From assembly GCF_006345805.1 (NCBI RefSeq), contig NC_042997.1, forward strand, positions 135,408,001 through 135,472,000: a DNA stretch of 64,000 nucleotides. Reading direction: 5' to 3'. Position numbers and translations under genes: made by a program. The notes under the pieces were generated by a model. The model saw only the letters and a program-made list of their open reading frames with translations, searched no databases and was not told the origin of the DNA. Of the stretch, positions 52,384 through 64,000 are shown one piece after another. This DNA comes from Octopus sinensis (Eukaryota). The stretch's first letter is position 1; each line of letters starts with the position of its first letter.

Positions 52384-52606
52384 GATATGCATATGTACAT
52401 ATGTATATATATATATATATATATACTGATATATATCTATCTATCTAGAAAAATGTTGATTCAGATGAATACGGTACTTAAGTTGAGGCACCAGAATTTA
52501 GTATTGGGTTATCCATGCAATTTCAAAATAAGTTGATTAAAATCAAAATAAGCAACAAGGATATCCAGAGGTAATGCAATATGATCGTTTCATGCGACTC
52601 CATTTA

Positions 52607-54574
52607 CCGTATTTGACGGCATATTAGACGCACTGGTATATTAAACGCACCCTCATTTCAGCAGGTCAAATTCAGGAAAAAATGTTTTAAGTGTATTTAA
52701 GCATATATTGTTGAAAGCAGTCTAGCAGCACATTACAAAAGCAGAAAACATTGGTGGATAAAATCAAGCATACAAAAGGAAAGCATACAAATTACAATAG
52801 TAATCATCTTTAATCATCTTTTTAACCAGAAAACTCTTCATCATCTTCTACACCAGAAAAGTCTTCATCATCTTCAAAACAAGGAACATCTTCATCACTA
52901 CTGCTGAAATCACTGTCTTCAAATAATGCATCATCTTCTGTGCCATCAAGGGTATTGCTAATATCACACTTCTTAAAAGCCTTCACAATGATTTCAGGCC
53001 TAACATCATCCCAAGATTTCTTCACCCACTCACACACTTCAGCAATGGTGGGCCGCTTCATTCTTCCTGTGGGTGTGAGGGCATGATGTGGCTCTGCCAT
53101 CCACTTGTTCCAATGTTCACGCATGTTCTGCTTAAATGGCTTATTCACAGACACATCTAAAGGCTGCAATTGGCTCGTCAGTCCACCAGGATTGACAGCT
53201 AACTGCGTTTTCAATTCTCCCACCATTTTTTTAATGGCTTCAGTTCTACGTGCTCTAAACTGATCTCAAACCAGAAGAGAAGGTTTTCTTAATAGTCCAC
53301 CAGCACGCCTTGACCATATATTTTGTAACCACAGTTTCATTCCATTTTCGTCCATCCATCCTTTTTCGTGAACATGAACTAGTACACCTCTTGGAATTTT
53401 ATCCTCAGGCTGAGTTTTTCTCTTAAACATCAAAAGAGGTTGCAGTTTTATGCCATCAGCACAACAGGCCATAGCTACTGTATAGTGGGTCTTTTCGTGG
53501 CCAGTGGTTTTTATCGAAACAATTTTAGACCCTTTGACACTCACAGTCCTGTTGGATGGTACATCAAATGTGAGTGTAACTTCGTCAATATTCCCTATTT
53601 GGCCCAGTTTTCTTACTTGCATTTATAACAAATCTATGAAAATCTAATATTTTTTCTTCATAATCAGCAGGCATTTTTTGTGCAATGGATGTTTTTGTAC
53701 GCATTGATAAACCCTTCCGTTTCATAAACCTGTAACACCAACCTTCTGTTCCTGCAAAGTTCTGTATCCCTCGTTGTTCTGCTACTCTCATGGCCTCATG
53801 AATTATCATTTTGGTAGATACACTTCTCCCTGAGTTTCTCTCATCAAGTACCCACGTTTTTATATCATCCTCAAGTTCTGGCCAATGTGGGGCTGGGCAA
53901 CGAAGGTTATGTTTACCTTTCTGTGCTCTCATCAGCTGCTCTTCTTGCTGTCGCCAGACACGTATCACTTTTTATGTAGGTGGTGGCCCAAAAACTCTTG
54001 CTGCTGCTCTATTCCCATGCTCCTTATCATAATCTACCACTCGTAGTTTGTAGGAGATTTTGTAGCTTGACCTTTTTGCTGCCATAGCCGTGAGGGTGCT
54101 TGTACTGTTGTAGTGTGTTTTGTTATGATCATAAACTTTGTTGTACCAAGATATCCAACCTACCTCCGTATATACACGAACTCGCAACGATCATGTGCAT
54201 TCCGTAGTTTTATTCCTCACCGTCAGATGGCATCGTGTTAGGGTTCCGAACAGCTGATATTAGTAAACGTGTGTCATGGATCGCAGCCTAACAATTTACG
54301 GTAGATTGCTTTGATTTTTACGATAATTCGTATTTTAAAGTAATAATACTGGTAATAATAATAATAATAATAGCAATAAAATAATGATGCATGAGTACCG
54401 AAAATATCATTAAGGCGTTAGCGTAGGTAGAAATACTTATCGTAAGCTAGGTTAGTGAGCACCTGGGAGAAGATTAGCCTACGGGAGGGTCTTGACTTCG
54501 CATATTAGACGCAGGGCGATTTTTTGAGCCAAATTTTTTGGAAAAAAGTGCGTCCTATATGCCGTCAAATACGG
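52607..54574 (-). mobile_element. Complete pogo-family element (Passer/POGK-like, DD35D)
   Basis: 27 bp TIRs CCGTATTTGACGGCATAT(TA/AG)GACGCAC (25/27). TA duplication at 52605-52606 and 54575-54576. Confidence 0.96.
52822..54085 (-). pseudogene. pogo transposase (Brinker DBD, CENP-B HTH, DDE_1), inactivated
   Basis: MAAKRSSYKISYKLRVVDY...GNRAAARVFG, GWCYRFMKR, GNIDE, LLV*DQF, and QLQPLDVSVNKPFK with 35 residues between the last two D. Two in-frame stops and one frameshift near 53620. Confidence 0.93.
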
Positions 54575-54819
54575 TAATTGAACAATGCAATCATTTCATT
54601 ACATCAATTTAAAATGTAGAGGAATCTTCAGCTGCACAAAGGCATAGAATTTAATTAAATTAGTATAATTTTACCCTCAATCTCTAAGAGGATAAGGAGA
54701 TAGACAAAGAACATGTTTTACCAACAACATCACAGTGGTAACTAAAATTTTTTCCAAGAAGGCGCTGATTTCCACTGGTTTTTCTGTTACTTATATATTA
54801 ATTACGGGGTGGGGGCAGT

Positions 54820-54910
54820 TTTTTATTTTATAGACTAGTTTATCAAATCCTTTGTATATTTAAGCATTAGATATACAAAGGATTTGATAAACTAGTCTAT
54901 AAAATAAAAA
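54820..54910. repeat. Perfect 40 bp-arm hairpin
   Basis: 54820-54859 is the exact reverse complement of 54871-54910, with an 11 nt loop. Confidence 0.95.
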
Positions 54911-54929
54911 CTGACGCCCCCGAAAAAAA

Positions 54930-55148
54930 ATTGACTCCAGGGCTTATTCTTTGTAATCCTAGTACTTATTCTGTCAGTCTCTTTTTGCCGAACCGCTATG
55001 TTACGGGGACGTAAACACACCAACATTGTTTGTTAACCTATGATGGGGAGACAAATGCAGACATACAAACACATACATATACATATATATATATATATAC
55101 ATATACGATGGGTTTCTTTCAGTTTCCGTCTACCAAATACACTCACAA
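54930..55148 (-). mobile_element. Internal fragment of SINE family A
   Basis: TTTGCCGAACCGCTA.GTTACGGGGACGTAAACACACC and TTCTTTCAGTTTCCGTCTACCAAAT blocks. Confidence 0.85.
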
Positions 55149-55169
55149 TATTTGAGAAAGAGATGTGTT

Positions 55170-55440
55170 ATCAGCAACATTAAAGCGACAATAGCGCTGC
55201 TACATCTTGTTAATGATATGGATCCCAGCTTTCAAAAGTTTGTGATAGGAAAAGCCATTAACTCTTTTAAAGCTTTGTATTTATCTGCTATTTCTGAATA
55301 TTCATTTTCCATCGATATCTTGAAAATGTCAATCGATATTTCTGTAAATCTTGATCTCACTGTCATGTCGCAGGATATGTCATTCACTTTACTCACTTCT
55401 GCGGCAATGAGATTAGCTTACTGTGAGAATTCAGAAATAA
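55170..55440 (-). mobile_element. hAT transposase C-terminal dimerisation-domain fragment
   Basis: SRFTEISIDIFKISMENEYSEIADKYKALKELMAFPITNF resembles FW....EYP.LS.KALK.L.PF.TTY. Confidence 0.45.
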
Positions 55441-57617
55441 AGCCGCAACGCCACTTAGATAATTACTGATGGCAGAGAAAGTATAAGTAGTGAACAAGTG
55501 GACAAATGATTACATGCTCACTCATTAGAGACTGTAATACAAATACTCTGTACTATAGTGAAGTCGGGTCAGTGATCTCATCACAGACTAATGAGACCTG
55601 CTACTGGTACCAAATAAAACAAGCCTACCTTTTTCAAAGTCGAGTAGCCACCGACTAAACTGCCCCCCGCCTTTTGAATATATTGCTACTCTTATGAGGA
55701 GGACGTCTGGATACCTAGCAGGTCCTAAAAACTATACCTGTCAAATGATAGATGAGCTGCTGGTGAGCTAAGAACCATCCAGGTGGTGAAAGCACGCCAC
55801 CCCAATATTTTTGCCAAGAAATACTATGAGAAAATCAGAATGAAGTAACGCTATGAATTCATCCGAGAGGAAAATTCGTACTTAATCGGGCAGACTTGCA
55901 TTACAGTGAGTGACATCAACGCGTTGCAAAAAGTACGATACATGACGCCCCCCCCCCCAACCACCAACCACCACCACCACCAACACCACTACCAATAAAT
56001 AAATAGATAAAATAACACTAACCCAAAAAATGACGAAACATACTTAATCAATTCTATGAATAACTTTTTTTCCGCGAGGCCAGCTTTTTGAAAAAGGGAC
56101 ATATTTTGTTCGTCGAAAATGAAAATTATTTTATTTTCTGCATTTATTTTTTTGTTGATCTTATTTATAAATGAAATGAATCAATGAAATTATATATCAA
56201 TGAAATATTCGAATAAAGCATATCAATTGTAACCAGTTAAATGTTTACTGAAAATGAACAGTTTCAGTTCGTAAACATGTGAAATCAATAATGCACTTTA
56301 TTACGAAACAAAAGTTATGACATGACAGGTTTGTAGATGCGCTAATTTCCTAAAATGAACAGTTTTTACATCATGATGTATGACAAAAACTGTCATCAAT
56401 TTTTCGTGATGTTAGTACCTTATACAGGTAGCGACATCTTTTCTATGTTTAAGCCCCGTGGGTGCATATTACACTACTATCTCCTAATGAACTTGCTGTA
56501 ACATACGTAAGCTAAGATGTCGCTGAAAATTTCCATAACTGTAGCGGTAGATTACAGTTTGTGCTAACTAAAGAACTATGAAATAATTGTGCAAACATCT
56601 ACAATCTGACAACGAATAAATTTGTACCTTTCAAAATATAGCCATAATCTCTGTAGTGCGAATCACTTTGACATGTGTTTCGTTTAGCATCATTGATACA
56701 ATAAATCTGTAAACTAGATTAACTTTTGATCAGAAATGGGAGTTTTCTTTGAGATAGCATTTGATATTGACTTTTTGCATGAGGCAATGGGAAGCGTTGT
56801 AACTGACTCTATGAGTCCAAAATCTCAAAAACTATTAAAAGAAAAAAATTTAAAATTTCACTTTGCTATGATATTATATTTAAATATTGAAGGAGACAAG
56901 AAAACAGAAACGTCGAAAAATATTTGCTTGTGGTCGAAACTGTTTCAATCAATGAAGAGATCAAAATGATTGCTGCTCCACTGAGAAACACATTTTCAGA
57001 CAGCTCTTTGAATTGCTGAAGAAAACTTAAAATGCTGCAACTATCAAAATGTACACACGATAACTAGCAACTGCAACAGACCTTTCCGATATAAATGCTC
57101 TCATGATCGCCCAATTTTACTACAAGGCAGTGACCATAATGATATTGAAACTATTATTATAGTAATCACCCGTAAGTTGCCGACTAATCCTAGTTACCAA
57201 TGCGGCAGAAACTTAAGAGCTGATAGAGTTGCTAGATATATAATCCAATCACCAAATTTGCAAAGCTGCCATACCTAACAATCTAATCTAACGTAAAAGA
57301 ACAAAGTCCAATTGCCGCTAGAACTATATTATTGTGTGTGTGTGTGTGTGTGTATGTGTGTGTATGTGTGTGTATGTGTGAGTGTGTGTCTGTGTTTGCA
57401 TGCATGTTCGCGTGTGCGAGCATATAGGTGTATATATAAATATATATATATATATATACGCCGCTAGCATTAGACTATTTTGTCTAGTCAATATACAGTG
57501 GAGGCTTATAATTCTGTTTATAAAAATTTCATATGCCGCCGTTTCTCGCTGACACCCACGCACACACACATATATACACATGCGCACAAATACACACACA
57601 CACACACACACACACAT

Positions 57618-57686
<69 letters not shown>

Positions 57687-60600
57687 ATATGTATGTATAT
57701 TAAATAAATGTCAAAGAAATAAATTGTGCAAGGAAATTCACTTCAACATTGAAGTTCCGAGAAAAGTATATGGTGAAGCATAACCCTCACATCTGAATGC
57801 ACTACATCGTATAGCAGAAACGGTATAAGCTAATGAAGTTCATTGCATAATTTCGAGCTCCTTTTTCCTTTATTTAATTTGATATTAGTTTCTGTAGTCG
57901 ACAGATGCTTCAATCCACTACACGCCAAAACCTCGATATAATGGTGGTTGTTCTTGTTGAAGATCTCTCAAATAGATAGATTAGAGATTCTTCTATTTTT
58001 GCCGGTGACTTGATTTTGAATTACAACTGGAGTGATTGTAGTTTGTGTGGAGACACACGGTTTCCTTCTTTGGCTTCCTCTAAAGGTAGCACTTGCTTGT
58101 GTTCATGTCTAAAGACACGTCCAGGAATTAGACCTTTGTCAGATTGCTAGTTGTTGTGATGAGAGTTACGATGGCCCTTGCGAGAAATAGACTGGTCCGT
58201 GTAAAGTGCAAAGATTGAAGCGTGTTTTGAATTAGATGATAACGTTACACTTGTGTTCAATCCTAATACGAAAGTGTCTTTGCGGCAATAAAGCAAGTGG
58301 ATGATGAGCTGGATAGACTGAGGAAATGCGAATTGAGTAGCTCCTATTGTATGTATAAAAAACAAAAATATCAAAATTAGGTCTTGTGCCGATTTTTCGA
58401 CCTGTTTAAATTACTGTTTTAGAATGAACCATTATCCACTACCGACCCCAGAAGACATTTTTACAAAACAAAACAGAGGAAAAATATTTTCAAAATTCGA
58501 TCTCTCTGATGCATGTCTACAAATCAAAGTAGTTTTAAAAAATGCTCCAAGCTGTTAAAAGTCAACACGCACAGAGGTCTATACAAATACAATAGCCTAC
58601 CTTTTGAACTGAAGATAGCAATATTTGGACTGAAGATAGCAATATTTCAACAGGTGATGGCCGCGATGTTGGCAGACAGTCAGTTTTTTTTATTCCTTAC
58701 CTTGATGACATGTTAATCAAAAACGAATTGCGGCATGAGTATATTGAACTAGTGAAGTGTGTCTTTATAAATTAAGGATTATGGATTCACGCTAAGTGAA
58801 GAAAATTGTGAATTAATTCTGCCTAAAAAGAAATACCTAGGTCAAATCATAGACAAGGATGGAAGACAACCTGACTCATCGAGAGCAGACGCGATCAAGA
58901 ATATGCCTCCTCCAACGAATATACCGACATAATTTACTAAGTCAAGGAATGACCTAGTAAATTAATATAAAGTACATTCCAAATATACATAAATTGAGAG
59001 CACCATTACACGGTTTACTAAAAAAAAAGGAGAAAAATGGAATTGGTCTGTAAAGTGTCAAAACTCATTGGAAGACATAAAGGAAATACTAATTTCTGAC
59101 TTGTCACTAACGCATTTCGAACCTAGAATGGACATTGTTGTAGTGTCTGATGTTTCGGAGTATGGAATAGGAGCAGTCTTGCAACACAAGTATAAAGATG
59201 GAAATACGAAACCAGTAGTTCATGCTTCACGTTCGCTGACAGAAGCGGAAAAAAGTATAGTCAGATAGAGAATGAGATTCTATCGATTATTATTGCGGTA
59301 ATAAAATTTTAAAACAATTTCTACATGGCATAAATCTTTTGTTACAAACCGACCATCGACCATTACTATAAATTTTTGGATCAAAGAAGGGATTCCCTAT
59401 CTATACAGCGAACCGACTACAACGCTGGGGTACAATATTACTGAACTACAATTTCAAGATGCAGTATATTCTGTCGAACAAAATTGGTCATGCAAACTGC
59501 TTATCGAGGCTAATTCCCAAGAGCGTGGAACCGCTAGAAGAGACCGTGATTGCGTCATTGCAGTCAGAAAAGGAAGTAAGAAGTATTGTGTATAATATAA
59601 TCTAGGAACTACCTGTGACAGCGAATGATAAAAAATGAAATGCGTAGAGGACAGTTACATTACAAAAATGAAAGAAACATTGAAAAATAAGCATAATAAA
59701 AATACAAATTCAAATAATTTCTCATTATTCGACGATGTCTTAATCTACGCGCAGAGAATAGTAGCATCAAGTGCACTACATAAACGTGTATTGCAACAAT
59801 TCCATTGTGGCCACCCGGGAATGTCCAGAATGAAAGCCTTAATAAGGAGCTTTGTATATTGGCCGACTACAGACAGGGACATGGAGAAATTGGTGAAAGT
59901 ATGTAGAGGTTGCGCGTTGGCAACCAAAGCACCACCTGTAAAATACCAATCGTGGCCGGAGATTCAGAGCCCATTATCCAGAATACATATCGACTACGCT
60001 GGACTAGTGAACGACGCATACTATTTAATCGTTGTGGATAGCTATACAAAGTGGCCAGAGGTATGCATATGTAATAAACCCACAGCCAAGACAACAAAGT
60101 TTCTATTTGAGTTATTTGCTCCAAACGGTGTTCCAGAGGTGTTAGTATCTGATAATGGGACACAATTCACGGGATAACAATTCAGAAATGTCTGTAAAGT
60201 ACATGCCATAAAGCTCATCTTTACTCTGCCCTATCACCCGGGGTCAAATGGGTAGGCGGAAAGATTTGTCGACACGTGCAAAAGAGCACTGAGAAAAGCT
60301 AGGGAGGAACTAGATAATGACAAGGCGCGAAAGAAATTTTTCTGCATGTATAGAATAACGCCAAATCCAAATACTAATTAAGGAAAGTCACCACCCAAGT
60401 TAATGTTCGCACGTAAAAAACATCGATCGTCGATGAATTATTGCCAGCAAATAATATATATAAAGGCAAGACAAAAATATTTTTGTAGGAAATACAAGAA
60501 ATATTACAAAACATTTCGAAGTTCATTTTAAAGGTTACAAAAATGGTAAAGAAAGTTGGGAGGATGGCTCTGTAATCAAAAAATTTAGTAACATGATGTA

Positions 60601-60920
60601 TTTAAGGACAACATTCGGAACACAAGAGACAACTTAACCAGGTAAAGCTGAGACATACAGAAGAACGAAGGGTGATACCAATAGAAGTTTTCTATTATAC
60701 GTTTGAAGTGCCAGCACCGAGAGATATTGAACCACGTAGAACTAGCTTCAGAAAACGAAAACAGACTGAATATCTGGAAATAATACCTAAAGGAAATATA
60801 TATTAAATTTTCAAACAAATGGATACTTACAAGAGTGCTTAGTACAACGAAAAGAAAAAGTGCTATGTGCAACGAACAATACCACCTTAAGAGTCGGGTA
60901 ACAATTGAGATTCAATAACT

Positions 60921-60943
60921 AAAAAAAAAGAGGGAGGGAGAGG
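60921..60943 (+). other. Polypurine tract preceding the 3' LTR (TG at 60944)
   Basis: AAAAAAAAAGAGGGAGGGAGAGG immediately followed by TG, downstream of the integrase. Confidence 0.75.
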
Positions 60944-61091
60944 TGCTGGAAAATAAAATAAAATTAAGATAAAAGAAATTCCCCTTTCTCACATTAATCG
61001 AAATCTCAAGAGGGGCGAGATAGACTGGTCCGAGTAAAATATAAATAGCAACGATCCACGTGAGTTCAGAGTTCGGAATCGAGTGAAGTTC

Positions 61092-62687
61092 CAGTCGTAC
61101 ATGTGTTGTACTAAACGTTAGTTAATGTTTAAAGTTGCTGTTAAAATTGTTGTTGGTTGTTTTGTGCTGATTTAGCAGCGGTTTAAAGTTGTGCTTTCTC
61201 TCGAGAATATCGAGAGATAAGCAACAAGAATGTACTATTCGAAACTTAGCGGTTCCGGATTTTCCTCTTCGGAAGAGGTGTTGGTTCGTGCAGTCGAAAG
61301 GATGGATAAAGTTCTAGAAACGAAAAGTTTTGCAGAGTCGGTGGAGGTAGACCTCTCCAACTTGGAAAGTTACGGAAGAATGGCAACCAGAATAGGTGGT
61401 AACGTTAAGTTGTCACCATCCCAGAAGAAAATGGAACAGATTGACAGAAAATCTGTGATGTACAAAGTATACTCGATGTAAAACAGGAGAACTGAACATG
61501 TGGAAGAAAAGATCATTGAAAAGGCATTGTACTCGGTCTGGCCAGAGGGATCCATAATAGTATTATTCAAGTCGGAAGCAAAGCAATAGAGAACGCAACG
61601 AGAACAATAAAACAGATAAAATGGTCCTTCTAACTACATATATGGGAAGAAGGACGTCAAGGATAATAATGGAAGGAATTCCACCAGAAACTGATGTGGC
61701 TTGGGTCGTGGCGGCTATTCTCCTGGGTAGCAGGAAGGAGATGACCATCCTCCAAGCCACAAAATCGACGGCTCTGTGTGGAAGGGACAGACAGTCGACC
61801 TGATTATACAAGCTGTGGTGGAGACACTGGAAAATTTTGTTGAGACAGTGTCAATTGGTGAACTGGTATTGAAAGTGTGGGTAGAGGGCAGGACTCCACG
61901 CTGTTTTAAATGTGGCCAGTAAGGACACATTAGAACACACTGCTCTCTACAAAAGCGAACAACAGAAGAAATGCCGGAAAAGAAGCAAGAGGAGGAAAAA
62001 CAAAAAGAGGAAAGAGAGGAAGAATGGAGAGTGGCAGAGGGAAAAAGGAAGAAGAGAAAAAGTGTAATGTGGAACCCCAAACCTTGGCCACCCACCCATA
62101 ACATCTGAGACTCCCCCTCCCCCTATAGACACCGAACCCACCCATTCCACTCCTAAACATGCTAAAAAAAAGAATCGCAGAAACAACAAAGCACAAACAA
62201 TTGCCTTCCCCATAAAGTTAACTACGCTTGCATGATATCGGACAAGGACAATAAGGGGCTAATCGGGATGGTAAAGGGTTGAAAGACAGCAAGATTGGTG
62301 TGTACAGATGGATATCAGAACATAATATGGTGGAATATGTGTACGCTATTTTCAGAAGGACAGATGGAGCAATTGAAGAAATATAAAAAAAAGGTTTGAA
62401 ATTTTGGGAAATATATACAGTCATTAAAGATGTACCAGATAATATACAATATGAAAAACTACTAGCGAAATATGGTATCGACGTGATAAAGGGACTCACA
62501 AGGAAGTAAGTGTTGCTGCTCGACGTGGGGCGAGCAGCACATTTCTATATTTTCATTTTCGTTATTCATTTCATATAAGCATATAATTTTATTTGAATTT
62601 TATTTATTTTTTTTTTGTTTTATATGTCCCCACATGTGCTTGTATTGTCACCTCTTTGTTGGCCTCTTGTGGGCAATAAAGAAACAG
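61092..62687 (+). mobile_element. ORF1-only non-autonomous non-LTR element (half-Tx1, HAL1-like)
   Basis: 21 bp direct repeats flank it (61071-61091 and 62688-62708, 19/21). It has a gag-like ORF remnant with VEGRTPRCFKCGQ*GHIRTHC, no EN or RT, and a Tx1-like tail ending AATAAAGAAAC. Confidence 0.75.
61230..62509 (+). pseudogene. gag/ORF1-like ORF with CCHC knuckle
   Basis: ATG at 61230, CX2CX4HX4C at 61902-61943, a Glu/Lys-rich tract ending EEWRVAEGKRKKRK, and a final segment ending GIDVIKGLTRK* at 62507-62509. Broken by stops and frameshifts. Confidence 0.7.
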
Positions 62688-64000
62688 GTCCGGAGTCGAG
62701 TGAAGTTCATGTTAGTTCGCAGTGAAATCGGATGGTGTCAGTTGGTTATCTCACAAGGAATATTGATTCTTGGTTCGTAAAGAGATTTGTTAGTTCGTTA
62801 CATTGCTTTTGCTGTTGTCTGGCTATCATATTTATTGTACGTAACAAATTACGTTATACCAGTGGCGATAGTCATAGTTCGGACGAATTGGAGAAATAAG
62901 CAGATCATTTCTGACTGGCGTCTGCGTTCCCAAGGCTTGAGATTGCCAGTGAGTATACAGTGGCGAGCTGTGACAGGGTACTTCTTTAGGGTATTGAAGA
63001 TAAAAAATAACAAGGGTGTCACCAAACTGAAACCCGTTGCATTTACCCATACATTCCTTAGAGAATCGCCTTCTTTCTTCCATCAGCAGAAGTCATCGTA
63101 AATAAAATAGATGTAGAATTTATGATGATTTTCATATCGAGGCCACCATTGGTAAATTTTCAACCAAAATCTAAAGCACTCAAGTGGCGTGGAATTTCAA
63201 TATCGATGTGCAGAAATCCACATTATTGATCTGGATGAAGCTGCAGACTCCCTTATATTTAATACGTAACATGGACAAATCACAGAAATGCAATTTATAT
63301 TTCCATTTATGCTTTAAATTTCAAATAAAACACGTTTCTAAAAACAGCTGTCATGAAAGGAGATTCCAAACAGAATATTGAGAAGGACAGAAGTAAGGTA
63401 ATAGATGAAGGAGAAAAAGGAAAACAATCAATTATCGATTATGGCTGTTTCTGAACTATAAAAGAAATATATTTCGTGTTGCCTGGTTACGCAGTCATGC
63501 AGTCGTTAGTTGTTAGCGGGATTTTCAGCTGGTGAGTCCCAAAAGACATTGAAGTCTTTAAAAAGTTTACTATGGACTGACCTGGCCACTAGTGATTTAG
63601 TCCATAGCAACGCTCACTCAAGGCTGACTTGACTATAAAGATACAGTGTTTAGGAGTGTCGTAGATCAGAGAAAGAGAGTTAGAGAGTAAATTTACAAAA
63701 TATTGAATATGCAATTCTTTACATAGAGATCTGTACATTTTTAATTTCTGCTTACAAATATTTCTTCCAATAATATTTCTAACATCGGTACGAACTGCAC
63801 AGTTTCACACGAACACACACACACACGAGTATATGAGCGTGAAAATGTGTGTACGCGTGTGAGTGCGCATGTGTATGTATTTGTGTGTCTGTGTGTGAAT
63901 GTGGGTGTATAGATATTATAGACATATTGCCATAGATGGATAAAATATATTCGAGAGGGTACCCAAAAGAAACCGGAATGATTTTATTCACTTAGTTTTT

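Larger units (their letters stand above)
58200..62861 (+). mobile_element. Decayed Ty3/gypsy LTR retrotransposon (K02A2.6-like pol) with interrupted 3' LTR
   Basis: RT (VNTHRGLYKY..LPF, YLDDML, KYLGQIIDKDGRQPD), RNase H (SDVSEYGIGAV, HASRSLTEAEK, LQTDHRPL) and integrase (HCGHPGMSRMK...C..C, RIHIDYAG, SDNGTQF, HPGSNG.AERFV), in gypsy order with many stops and frameshifts. The LTR end is uncertain. Confidence 0.9.

Noticed and set aside
56430-56524. 11 bp inverted repeat AGCGACATCTT / AAGATGTCGCT, as a snoRNA or miRNA
   Set aside because: No C/D or H/ACA boxes in position and no extended pairing. It is compatible with chance.
58180-58205. Match to the 3' LTR (ATAGACTGGTCCG) as a 5' LTR remnant
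   Set aside because: Similarity is limited to about 24 bp, and the same bases can be read as pol codons. It is not enough to call a 5' LTR.

Overview
AT-rich, microsatellite-dense eukaryotic DNA with no host protein-coding exon I can support, so probably intergenic or deep intronic. The tRNA-derived SINE families present look like those of Octopus/coleoid cephalopods (from recall, not a database search). The window is a nested transposon landscape. It holds a Helitron helicase remnant and Helitron-type ends (4.8-14 kb), two R4/Dong fragments inside trinucleotide repeats, and a near full-length Tx1-clade LINE (21-27 kb). It also holds an internally deleted CR1, a 3 x 576 bp tandem array, an IR/DR-type Tc1 element, a Neptune-type Penelope element with one homopolymer frameshift, a complete pogo/Passer element whose empty target site is preserved in a paralogous repeat at 11 kb, and a decayed Ty3/gypsy element. 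The most unusual feature is a 1.6 kb element inside the gypsy 3' LTR. It is TSD-flanked, encodes only an ORF1/gag-like protein, and shares a stem-loop+AATAAA tail with the Tx1 LINE, which makes it look like a 'half-Tx1' analogue of HAL1. Four degenerate Penelope-type minimal hammerhead motifs with covarying stems and several long hairpins are also present. All assignments are from manual translation and pattern reading; boundaries of decayed elements are approximate.
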